Position numbers and translations under genes: made by a program. Below are positions 11,037 to 22,731 of a DNA stretch of 64,000 bases, in pieces. The stretch's first letter is position 1, and each line of letters starts with the position of its first letter. The notes below the pieces were generated by a model, which saw nothing but the letters and a program-made list of their open reading frames with translations, ran no database searches and had not been told where the DNA came from. Source of the stretch: Zootoca vivipara (taxonomy: Eukaryota); assembly GCF_963506605.1 (NCBI RefSeq), contig NC_083277.1, positions 74,214,001 through 74,278,000 of the forward strand, written 5' to 3'.

Positions 11037-13410
11037 CTGCTGCAAACAAAGCGTAAAAGGAAAGACGTGTGCCATACAATACCTGCCTAAACATGCCAAG
11101 AGCCCCAACTGGGCCACATCTCCCCAAGATATTTGGAGTAAGATATTTGCAGGTTTGATCCCTACCATACACAATTCAAAAGAATTCCAGATATCAAGAG
11201 ATGGGGAAACTGTCTGCCTCAGACATCAGTAAGCCTGTGCTGCTGGAGTGACAAATACAAATGAGGTTGACCAATTATCTGCTTCCATAAGGCAGCTTCA
11301 TTTGCTCACAAACTGTTAAGAATGTGTGCTGGTCACACTGTAGGAACAAAAGAAGAGCCTTGCCAGGTCAAATCAAAAGCTTATGTACTCTGGCATTCTG
11401 TTCTCAAGGTGGCCAACCAGATGCCTATGAGAAACCCTTGTGTATCCCAAGGAAAGATGATTACTCTGTAAAGTGTGGAGCTGCTTGTGATTTGAAGTTT
11501 TTGAGGTCAAAGGAATGCTGATTAAACTGACAAAAGAAACTATAAAACCACCAAGTACCATTCAATCAAGCAAAAATCTATAGGATCCCATATTTACCTG
11601 CTAAACGTTTACTGATTCCCATTAAGTTTCCATTTTTCAACACTATTTACTTACCAAAGTGGCAACACATTTGTCGTTAAACCAAAACTTCCTGTACAGT
11701 TTATTCTGTAATTACTTTCATAAATTTTGTAAACTAGGGAACATAAGCTAAAATGCTTAACCTGATCTACTAGAATGCAAGAAAAGAATGGCCTAAGTGG
11801 ATCACAGCAACAATGATCCATCTAATCCAGCACTTTGTAACTGGTCAGATGCCATAGGAAAGTTCACAAGCAGATCATGAAGACGACAACTACCCCGTAT
11901 TTGTTAAGCAGATAGAATACCCATTTTTCATTAGTTACTACTGCTAATAGTCAATGGTGTATCTAATCTCCATAAACTTGTCTAGACCTTTAAAAGAGAG
12001 AGAGAGAGCAAGAGAGCCATCTAAACTAGGAGCCTTCATCACGTATTGAAACAATGAATGCTCAAACTGAAATGTGTGCTAAGAAACAGTTTCTCTGAAC
12101 CTACCAGCAAACTTTTTCTTCCAAACTTCAGCTGGAATACCCCAGTGCTTGCTGGGCAGCAGTCACAGGAGCAGGCCTTATGAGGCCTGTCAGGCCCCGC
12201 CCTGGGCCAGGTGGAGAGAGGTATCAAAAGCCAAGCCTCAAAAGGTCACTAGCACTTTATTAAAGCTCAGGAAACTACTGGGATCCAACAGGTGGTTCAA
12301 ATTGGTGTGTGTTCCTGGTGGCTGATGTTGCATATTGACCTAAGATTTTCAATGTGCTTCTATACTCTAAATTTTGAGTACAGTACTCGAAAATCACCCA
12401 GTTACAAATTGAGCCAACTATCAACCATAAATACTGAGAATCTTGATGGTATTGAATTAGCTTCTGTAATCTGTGGTCAATTGTAGGCAAAATTGTTCCT
12501 GGGGCAGCTAAAATTACAGAAAACAAAGAATAACTCAAGCAGTAAGGAATTTGCTCGCATCACTGTATTGCTCTGATCTGAGTGAAAGAATCCTCCATGC
12601 TACATCATAAAATATCTGACACAAATTTTGATTTATCTGGTACAGCATTTAAGAACACCAAATAAAGTTCCAATCCCTCAAATTCATTCATGACAAATTG
12701 TCCAAAACCCTTCTTACATTTACAGCATCAGAAGAGAAAGATCAATTCATGCATTGGACACTAATGTGAGAAAGTAGCTCATGTGCAGCTAATGTGAATG
12801 AGATTAGCTCACATGAAGTTAATGTAAGAAATAGCAATGACAAAGCGGTTGGAAGGGCTAGATTGTAAAATACCTGAAGTTTGAGGTATGTTACAAAACA
12901 GAACCCAAAATATTTATAAAAGAAAAAACAATAAACCCAGCCACAGTTACAACCTTTCAGTAACAACCTGTTTGTAATTTCTGGGTAGCAGTCTGATTAG
13001 GGAACTTTACTTATAAAATCAGTAACTTTATTGAGGGTGGCTATAAACACACTGTTCAGATTACAAAAAAAAGTATTATATTCATATGCACCATGCAAAC
13101 TTGCATAGGCTTTCACAATATCAGACAGACATTATGGAATGGTTTATTTCTGAGATGGCGAATTCTCAGGAAATAAAAGTAAGAAAAGTCACTTTACTTT
13201 AAAAAAATTTAAATGAGTCAAGAAATGTTGTTGAATGGCAAAATAAAATACTTGCAAAACAATTGTATAATTCTCCTCTTTGGGCTGACATTTAACAACC
13301 AGATTAAACGTGTATATATGGAACACTAAACCAACAGGATAGGGCAGATTATAAATGTGATTATAATTAAAATTATAAATAAAACATGTAGGGTATTTTA
13401 AATGTAATTT

Positions 13411-13540
13411 TACCTCTTTTACCAAGTCCTGGGAGCCACTCAATAACAGGTCTAGATTTGCTGCCATAAGCAAGTATTCTACGGCGCTGTCATTTAAGGC
13501 ATCTAGAAATTTTGGCTTTGTCTTTGAATTAGACTGGTGC
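13411..13540 (-). mobile_element. Degenerate CR1-like LINE ORF2 endonuclease fragment
   Basis: Translation KFLDALND...NLDLLLSGSQDLVKEV resembles the C-terminal FL..L.D...LDL.L...DLV..V motif of CR1 APE domains. Confidence 0.5.
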
Positions 13541-13570
13541 ATGCTCTTTTATATGGTTTCCATCATGATA

Positions 13571-13921
13571 GGTAAAGGTAAAGGGACCCCTGACCATTAG
13601 GTCCAGTCGTGACCGACTCTGGGGTTGCGTGCTCATCTCACATTATTGGCCGAGGGAGCCGGCGTATAGCTTCCAGGTCATGTGGCCAGCATGACAAAGC
13701 CGCTTCTGGCAAACCAGAGCAGCACATGGAAACGCCGTTTACCTTCCCACTGTAGCGGTTCCTATTTATCTACTTGCATTTTGACGTGCTTTCGAACTGC
13801 TAGGTTGGCAGGAGCTGGGACCAAGCAACGGGAGCTCACCCCGTCACAGGGATTCAAACCGCCGACCTTCTGATCAGCAAGCCCTAGGCTCAGTGGTTTA
13901 ACCACAGTGCCACCTGGGTCA
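13571..13921 (-). mobile_element. Sauria SINE, near full length (lacertid-type)
   Basis: The minus strand starts with a tRNA-like head (ggtggcactgtggttaaaccactgagcctagggcttgctgatcagaaggtcggcggtttgaatccc) and ends ggggtccctttacctttacc. Confidence 0.92.
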
Positions 13922-16024
13922 CAATAACTCAATTTAATATGTACTTGTGAAATTCATTAGACTTTAGCTGCAAATTGGTCAACCCTTTTCTTATGGCCCT
14001 CAAATTAAGAGAGTACCTCCTTTCAAAAGAAACAACTCCAGTTTGGATTCCAACTCCTATCAGCTCCAACCAGTGACCTGTGATAATCTGTTTTGTACTC
14101 AAAAATATTTGGAGGGTACCACATTGGGGGAGGCTGTCCTATTCCAATAAAGATGAGCTACGTTTTGAAGAGCTGAGGTATATATAAACACGGGTTGGAA
14201 ACTGGTGGGTGTTTGCAGGATAATCCAGTACTTCAGCACTAAGTTCCAACACCTTAGGCAGTGTTCCTGTAAACTCCTACGGTCTGAAATACTGCATCAT
14301 GTGGTGTATCGTATAGTGATAAAAGAGACAAAATGATGCAAGGGCGTATAGTAATGCGAATTCTTTTAAAAAGCACTTTAAAAACACGTTGAACACTTTG
14401 TCTTTTCCTCACAAAGCAGGCCAAGGCAGTGGCCATGAAAGAGGTTGGTGCTCTCATCCCCTCCTCAGGTCAGTTCTCCCTGTTCCTACTTCAGTTCCCA
14501 CTGTCACCACTGTACACATCCAAACCTACACTATTTTCTGGGCATAATGTGACAGGTAAGAACCAAGGTGGAGTCACAAGGTGAGCGGCAGCAAATCCAA
14601 AGGACAACCACAGTAGGCTAAGGGGATGGGAGGCTCCTATCTCACAAGCTCTCTGCTTCAGAACTTCGGCAGTTCCCTACCTGGTGCAATTGCCACTACT
14701 GGCCCTGTGCTCACGCAACACTGTCACAGCTCCAGGTACAGCACTCATCATGGGTCTGTTCTGAATATACCTGTATGCCTGAACATCCCAGAACATATTC
14801 CAAACAAGTCCCTCCAGAATCACTTCATCCTTTACTTATTTAAATAACAAGCCTCACTATATGCAAAACTAAACTTCAGATGGAATGTTCAATATACAGC
14901 TTTACAAGTAATCAGCTTATACTATGATTGTGCAATAAACTAATGCTTATTTAATTTTTTTTACTTAATACCTATTTAATGAAAAAAACCCAGACAACTT
15001 TGTAGCAGGAATTGAAATGTATTTAAAGTTTTGAATGTCAATAGTCATCCAACACTTGGCTTAAAGGAGGGTGGGGAGCTAAGCTTACAATTCAGAAATA
15101 AAAATTCTTGAGTTTCCGGGTTTGAACTTGGTTTGCTGTAAAATGAAGTGACACTGAAAATTCCATTGTAAGAAAATGAGAGAGATTGTGTCTTTATCTA
15201 CAAGTTATCAGCTTCATTAGAACAGATCTACAAACGCTCCCAGGAGGGCAGACCACAAAGCTAGAAGTGTGTGATCACAAAATTAAATACAGCAGCTGAA
15301 ATTTGCCCTGTCCAGCTGAATGCTAACTAAATACCAGGTTAGGTGGGATAGAAACTCTAATAGTTCCTCAAATGACTGTGTGGAAAGAAGGAACCGCCAA
15401 ATAGCTTCAAATACTGCTATATAAGCAATCAAGCACTGATGTTGCACAGCAGTGCAGCCGGTAGCCCTAAGAAACTATGAAAATAAATGCCCACAAAATG
15501 GCATTGGCATGTAAGTAGGCCTTTATTGCTTTGTCACTCGTGATGTCACTAGCAACAGGCCATTGCAATAGCAACATTTGCAAATTGAAACAACAGGTGA
15601 AGAAAAAGCATCCCAAAATGTAATATAGCACACGTTTACCCAACCTAGTGCCCTCCAGATGTCAACTCCCATCAGCCTAGCAGTTCTGTGGTATGATTGA
15701 TATATGAATGATATATCACATTCAGAGTATGTTCCGAGAAAAGGAAACAACCTCTGAAACAGAAGTCTTTCCATGAAGAAAGTATTGCAGCTACTGAGCA
15801 ACAAATAAATAAGAACTGCACAATCATTGCTCTAATAACTCCTCAAGAGTCCTGTTTCTGCCTATATCACTGGGGAAGAAAGATTTAGCTTGAGATAAAG
15901 GGAGCTTTGTGGGCTCTCTGTAAATTGTATTTCTCATTGAGATGACTTTGTCTAATTCACTCAGTTTCAACTTAAACCTCCCTTGCCCCCTTTTTTGGAA
16001 CTTTTCAGCAGACCTTTGGGAAGC

Positions 16025-16212
16025 GAAATGGCTAACTGGTAAAGTATCTGCCTTGTATGCAAAATGTCTCAGGCTTCATCCTCAGCATCTCCAGGTACAG
16101 CTGTGAATGTCCTATTCCTGAAACCATGGAAAGCTTCTGCCAATCAGTGTATGCAATGCTGAGCTGGTGGATCAGTGGTTTGACTTAGTATAAGTTGGTC
16201 TCTTATGTTTCT
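16025..16212 (+). mobile_element. Squam3-like tRNA-derived SINE, diverged
   Basis: tRNA-like head (...ctggtaaagtatctgccttgtatgca...), body cctgaaacc.tgga.agc..ctgcca.tcagtgta and tail ...agtataag...cttatgtttc. Confidence 0.7.
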
Positions 16213-17578
16213 TTGTAAGTTGTTTTATAAGAAAGGAGCAGTCTGGAGCTTGCAACCACCACATGGACATCAAGCCAAATAAGGAAACCAGCACCAGAAA
16301 CACAATCAGTGCATTTATTTCAGTTAATTTTCATTACTATCCAAAAAGGTAAATCAGACCACCATGAAAACATTTTTTAAAAAATTTGAAAAAGAGACAC
16401 TAAGAAAAAAGGATCTATTAACTATGTGGTTTCTAATGACCTCAAAATGAAGTTTGTTACACAGTCAATTCTCTTCTTTGTGACAGTGGCATCCTCTGGC
16501 AGAGACTTTGAAATTCTTCAGACACCAAAAGGTAAGAGTAGGTTTCATCATAGCAGCAGTTTTTTTCTTAACAAGTTATTCTACCATGGTTATTGCTCAA
16601 TGACCTTGGCGGATTCTTGCTGCTATTTTGGGTCTATTCATTCTTTTGATGTGTCATTTTTCAAAAATGAGGCTTACATTTGTTGGTTTCACTGAAGTGA
16701 AGGGGAGCACCTCCAATGTCCTCTCATGCAGAGGTCTCTAAGTAAGGCACATTTAACTGAACTCCCGCAAAGTAGACTGGAGCCAAATGACAATTCAATA
16801 GCAGCATTCGTTAAGAAGTTGTCCAAAATACTGAGGGGAATGCTACTGTCATGTAGCAAATGCATTACAGTATAAAAGCCAACTGCCATTTCATAAATGC
16901 TACCTTAAGAGTTAAAAGTGATGCCTCACCTAGAAGACATAGGATTCACTTAAAGGGCTGAAAGAGCACTTTGCCTCAGACAAGCCTTCTGCAACCTCAA
17001 GGGTGGGAAATCTTAGGCCTTTTTCCTTTAAAGTTGGAAAGTGCACTCCATAGCACAAACGGCTTATAAAATTCTTCTGGTTCAAAAGAGGTATGCCATA
17101 AATGAGAAAGGGGAACTGCTATTTGAGAAAAACAATTCCAAAGCTTCCTTGGTATGCAAAGCTAATCGCACAGTTCTCTGGATACAAGCCACCCTCACTA
17201 ATAAAGCCTCCCTTTTGTTTACTACAGTGTCAAACATTCCCATTGTCAATTTTTATTTTATTATTATTTTGCCAACTAGCAAAATCCAAAATACATTTTT
17301 TCACTTTTAGGTCTAGCAACTTGCAGGTCCCTCTTAAGCACTGACTACCGTATATAATTGTTGTTTGAATAAAACTTTAAAGACATTCATAGCAAACAAT
17401 GTAGTATTATTTGCTAAATTACGCACAATACATATCACGATCTCAAGGTGGCAATCTAAGTTTAGGTATGAGAAGAACATATTGCATATATTTCTCTTTC
17501 CCCCTAGGAGGCAGGCTAAATGGTTTCAAAAATTCCAGAAATGTTACACCTCTACTTTCCAACAGCTAGAAACAAAAG

Positions 17579-17714
17579 CAGGCATAGGCAAATTCGGCCC
17601 TCCAGATGTTTTGGGACTACAACTCCCATCATCCCGAGCTAACAGGACCAGTGGTCAGGGATGGTGGGAGATGTAGTCACAAAACATCTGGAGGGCCAAG
17701 TTTGCCTATGCCTT
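17579..17714. mobile_element. hAT-type palindromic MITE
   Basis: TIR caggcataggcaaa / tttgcctatgcct; fold-back body ggactacaactcccatc...gggagatgtagtc; decayed 8-bp TSD. Confidence 0.8.
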
Positions 17715-17724
17715 ATCAAAAATA

Positions 17725-17938
17725 CAGTGGTACCTCTACTTACGAATTTAATGCGTTCCGAACGCACATTCGTAAGTCAAAAAAAAATTGTAAGTCGAAT
17801 CCCATAGGAATGCCTTGGGAGAAAAAATTTGTAAGTAGAAAAAATCCTATCTAAATCGCATCCAAGATGGCGGATGGAGCTCCGTTCGTAAGTAGAAACA
17901 TTCCTAAGTAGAGTTATTCGTAAGTAGAGGTACCACTG
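17725..17938. mobile_element. Tc1/mariner (Tigger-like) MITE, copy 1
   Basis: TIR cagtggtacctctacttacgaat; TA TSD at 17723-24 and 17939-40; second copy at 51151-51395. Confidence 0.9.
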
Positions 17939-19201
17939 TATCAACTTCCCAATCAGATGACTTCTTCATTCTCCTAAATCTTTTTAAAGTTAACCCCATC
18001 AAACACATGTTCTAGGCTCTTCTCCCTTCCCAGTCCAGTCCACCCCACCTTCTACACTTAACACATTTACAGTTCTGTTACTGCCAAAGTCATTTTCTTG
18101 TTTCTCTACTCATACTTTGCAGAAGCTTGTTCTGCTGAAAGCCCAGCACTCATCTTATCCCATACCACGCAAGCACCTCCTGCATGGATTTTTACACAAG
18201 TGCTGCACTTTCTCTTTGCTTTCCAAGAGAACCCACCCACTACTGAAACAGATGAAAATGGACAACAATGACAGAGGACACGAAAGCCTTCTTCAGGTGT
18301 TCTCTATACATGTTAAGTAAACATACAAGAGGGGGCCATGGGGACAAGCACATGTTCTCATCCCCAACAGTTCTTCTGGGTTGGAGGCAGTCTTTTGAAG
18401 CTGGAAACCTCCTGCACTCACTGAGGCTCCCACACATTTTATAACCCCGATTTTCCCATTTGTGGAGGGAAATCAGAAGAATGGCAGGTTTGGTGGTGGT
18501 GGAGCTGGTGTGCTTGCTTCCATGCCCCCCCCCCCGCATGTTTACTTAACTTGTATAAAATATGCCTTAAGAGGGCTCCGGTTCCATACAGATCCTTCAA
18601 GTATTATCAATGAAGGGGGAGAAAGCACCAAAATAAAGATTTTGACACTCCCCTATCTCCTGAGAATGTACAAACCTGGTAACCAGTCTGGTTATGTTTT
18701 GAACTTTAAAAACTTGGTTTCTTATTAGGCATTACCACCTTAAGCAAGCCACTGGAAGGTTTACAGCCTCTTCAAACCAAGGGGTCACTTTCATCTCTCT
18801 AAAAACAACAGTGATTAGTTAGCATTGTGTCTTACTTGAAGGAGGCAGCTTTTTGGAGTTACTTTAGAATAACTTCCTTGAATAAGGTTTTTTTAAAGCA
18901 TAGTTTCAGTGAGCTGTTTATTAGTTGTCCAAAATACTGAATAAGTCACTCATTTGCCTTTGATCTTGCACACTAGTGGCTGTGGCTTTCTGAAAGCTCC
19001 GTCAAAGGATGTTCAACAAGTCAGTGGTTGCCGTTTTACTGCAAATGGACACATGTGACTGCAACCTCAAGAGAAGTCTTCAAACCACAAAACCTTCACA
19101 CAGAAAGTGTTCCAAGCATAATAGGCACTTCAGAAAAATAAGCAAATCTAAAGAAAGAATAATGGGCCCATCATAGAAATAAATGAAGGGAGAGTTTAAA
19201 T

Positions 19202-19337
19202 CAGGCATCCCCAAACTTCGGCCCTCCAGATGTTTTGGACTACAATTCCCATCATCCCTGAGCACTGGTCCTGTTACCTAGGGATCATGGGAGTTGTAGG
19301 CCAAAATATCTGGAGGGCCGCAGTTTGGGGATGCCTG
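19202..19337. mobile_element. hAT-type palindromic MITE
   Basis: TIR caggcatccccaaact / agtttggggatgcctg; perfect 8-bp TSD gtttaaat (19194-19201 and 19338-19345). Confidence 0.92.
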
Positions 19338-20859
19338 GTTTAAATCATTCCTTTCACTCCTCATACTCTATCTAAATAGGGGTTTTTTTTCCTTTTGGAA
19401 ATTTGTATTGCTTTATCAAAAACATATGGACAAACTAACCCATAACCATACAAGCAATAACGAAACCATACATGGAGCAGATTCAATATAAAAACAGAGG
19501 TGCAGTTACATATAACCAAGTCTTTAAGCTGAGTCTATATAAACCAACCACATCAAGGAGTGAGTCATGGGAGCGGTACTTATACGGTGCTCCCTATTTA
19601 GATAATATAGAAATGGAGACTAGGCTGCATCAAAACTGTTCAATTTGGTTTTGCCCCAGACTACACATCTCTATCAACATTCAGATAAAGCAATGTTCCA
19701 TACATTAGTAAAGCATAGGGTTTGCATAAAAATCTAAAATTTCTTCATATTACAAAATTATTACAAGGCAGCTGTGTTGCAATACATGCAACAGCCTCTC
19801 TAATTAATGCAGAAAGTAATGTGCTGTAGCTTGCTGCACACCCAACTAGCTTTTGAGTCAGCATTTTGCAATTCAAAAAAAAAACAGACTAAGAAGGCTC
19901 TGAACTTTTCTGTGACACAGTCTTCTTGTCACCAAAATTTCTTTTTCTTGCATATAAGAGGTGGACTAAGAAAACACAAGCAGAATGTTTCTGCATCCTC
20001 CTATTTATAGATAGCAAGCTTCCACTATTATTTAACATATTATACTGGGGCCTTCCCCTAGTTTGCTATTACTTCACCATTCTAGTTGTAAGTGGCACCA
20101 TTTTATTTTAATACTGGAAGAGAAAAGTGAGGTGTTATAGAAATCTTATCCTCAATGATCAAAGTACAGTACATAAAAACACTGCAGTTGTCTTAGCAGT
20201 TTAATACGATGCAACCAGCTGGGCTTGATACATTTAATGTACCTCCTACAATAACCTAATCTGCTCTCATTAATACTATCACCATTTTCTCTTCAAAGAT
20301 TTTAAGAATGGAACAGGAAAGCCAGTAACTATATATATATTTAAATAATGACTTCATCTAAAAGAGAGATAATTTTTTAATCTTCCTCAACATCATTAAC
20401 CTAAGCATTTTGCCATTTTAAGAGCACTTCATGACTTTGCTTTGGTTGCTTTTAACTAACCTCACACAACAGTGTGAAAGCTTAGCAGAGCTGAATAATC
20501 CCAAATTCACATGTATATTAATCAACTGACGGTTAGTAATTTGGAAAGATTGTGGGTTTATTGTTATTCATTATTAATGTTAATAATAGTTTGATTTATT
20601 ACTCATATATCACCCTACGGTCTCAGGGCAGGGTACAACAATATAAGATACAGTACAATAATTAAAAGAGTTTAACAAAAAATAGGGTTATGGCAGATAA
20701 AAAGCAGATTATTATGAATAGCTCAACAAAAACATTAACTCAGTGTGTAGTGTTAAAAAAAAGAGTGGAAAATTCCAGGCAAAGCATTGACAATAAGACT
20801 ACCAGTATCATAATGTCATTCTATAAAATCTCTGGTGTGACTGTATTTGAAATCCATAG

Positions 20860-21472
20860 TGCCCCATAGTACAGAAATGGATTCAATGCAAAAAGGGCAA
20901 CCAATGTGATCAAGTGAGTTAGGGCACTTTCCCTACAAGGAATGACTAACACACTTGGGACTTTTCAGTTTACTAACATCTAAAGGGTTTTTTTTGGGGG
21001 GGGGGGACAGGCTTATAAACATTAGACCTTTTATCTCAGGGTCATGGAATCAAGCCCCATGTTTGGCAAAAAAATCCCCACATTGCAGGCTGTTGCACTA
21101 GATGACACTTGTGGATAGATTCAGGACAGACAAGATAAAGCACATCTTTACACAATGCATAATTGATGGATTCACTACCACAAGATGTGGTTACCAACAC
21201 TAGCTTTAGATTACTTTAAATGAGGATTTTGTAAAATCATTTGGTATAGATCTATCAGTAGCTATCAGCCAGGGTTGCTAAGTGGAAGATCCATTTTCAT
21301 AAACAATATTCCACTGAATACCCATTAAGAGGGATGGACACATGGGAGGCCTATTGCATCCACGCCTTGCTTGATGACTTGCTGGAGGCATCTGGTTGAG
21401 CACTCTGGAAAACAGGATGCTAAACTAAATGAAGGCTTGATCTGATCCAGCAGGGCTCTTCTTATGTTTTTA
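20860..21472 (+). mobile_element. Old CR1 LINE 3' fragment (end of ORF2 plus 3' UTR), interrupted
   Basis: Degenerate matches to the CR1 C-terminus (...aaagggcaacca..., ttcaggacagacaa...) and a lizard CR1 tail (ggcatctggttg...aacaggatgct...tctgatccagcagggctcttcttatgt). Confidence 0.6.
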
Positions 21473-22030
21473 TTATGCCACTATCCTCCTTCAGTTAATC
21501 AGCTTCTTCCTGCCCTACTTCCAGGCAACTGATGACCATTTGAGACTATGCATTATATTTTATTATAGAAAAGAAAGCATATGGTCTGATTCATTATTAG
21601 CATGACAATGATCAAATTGCCATCTCAAATAACTGTAGTGAGGAGGAGGAGAAGCAGGTCTCTCTGTGTCAAGTTCAGTCCATGAAAGTCAAATCTCTCA
21701 TAAAGGAAATGCAATTAAGTCTCTAGAGAAAGACTTCTACAGACACTCTTGTGGATATAAATATCATACTGAAAATGACAGCTGCTCAAGGCAGGCGAAT
21801 AACAGAGGATTCAGGAAGGTGGTCAACAAAAACAAAGTTCCCTAACATTCTACAATAGTTTAGAGGACAATTGTTTGGCTAGTATAACTCACTGTCTCTG
21901 CTAAAATACAAAAGTGCAGTACTTAAAAAAAACACATAACAAACATTCCAGGAAGAAAAGCCAAGCAAATATGCTTCTTTATGAGGCTATTGATACACAT
22001 TTTACCCCCCCCCCAAAAAAAATCCCCTCT

Positions 22031-22215
22031 ACATACAGGAAGATGCCCTATACCAAATCAGACCATTGATCCATATAACTTAGTGCTGTCTACACCAACT
22101 GGCAGCAGCTCTCCAGGGTTTAAGAGACAGGGAGTAATCCCCACCTGCTATGAATTGAATCTGGACCTTCTACACACAAAGCAGATGCTCGACCTCTGAG
22201 CTATGGTCCTTCCCA
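22031..22215 (-). mobile_element. Squam3-like SINE, diverged
   Basis: Reverse complement of the same SINE family seen at 16025-16212. Confidence 0.7.
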
Positions 22216-22624
22216 ATACAGACAAAAAAGTATGCAGTCTTCTGGAGATATTGTGCTAACAATGTCTCAAAAAAATTAAGGGTGAAGCCAGTCCCATTGC
22301 TCTTCAAAAATCACCAATGATAACCAGAAAAACATACCCTTTTGCAGCTATCACTTAATAGTGGCTTACCCCAACACCAGTTTCCTACACACATTTTGTT
22401 TTCTTCAGCTTTCAATTACCGTAATCAATTGGGTATACATTTTAAAAGCTGAACATAGACTACTGTCTCTTCTTGTTCGGCAAACACATTTGAGAGAACA
22501 GGAGTGTATGTATGAGAGCTCACGAGAACTTTGGGTAACAATCCTGATTTCTATTCTTAGCCAAGAGATTTGAACAGGTCACATAATCACACACTCTCTA
22601 TTCCAAGATCTACATTTCATACAG

Positions 22625-22731
22625 CAGGGATGAGAAATCTGCAGCCTCCAAGTGGTTGTTGGATTACAACTCCCATCATACCAACCATGGGTGGGGCTGA
22701 CATCTGGAGGGTTACCAGTTCCCCATCCCTG
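22625..22731. mobile_element. hAT-type MITE (internally deleted)
   Basis: TIR cagggatg / catccctg; perfect 8-bp TSD tcatacag (22617-24 and 22732-39). Confidence 0.85.

Noticed and set aside
11655-11691. 37-nt segment with a strong GTAAGT donor
   Set aside because: No polypyrimidine tract at the acceptor and a frameshifting length.
13800-13921. tRNA-like A/B-box sequence
   Set aside because: It is the head of the Sauria SINE, not a tRNA gene.
15089-15135. 47-nt segment with plausible acceptor and GTAAGC donor
   Set aside because: Frameshifting, weak exonic donor context and no similarity to CPEB exons; such pseudo-exons are common in long introns.
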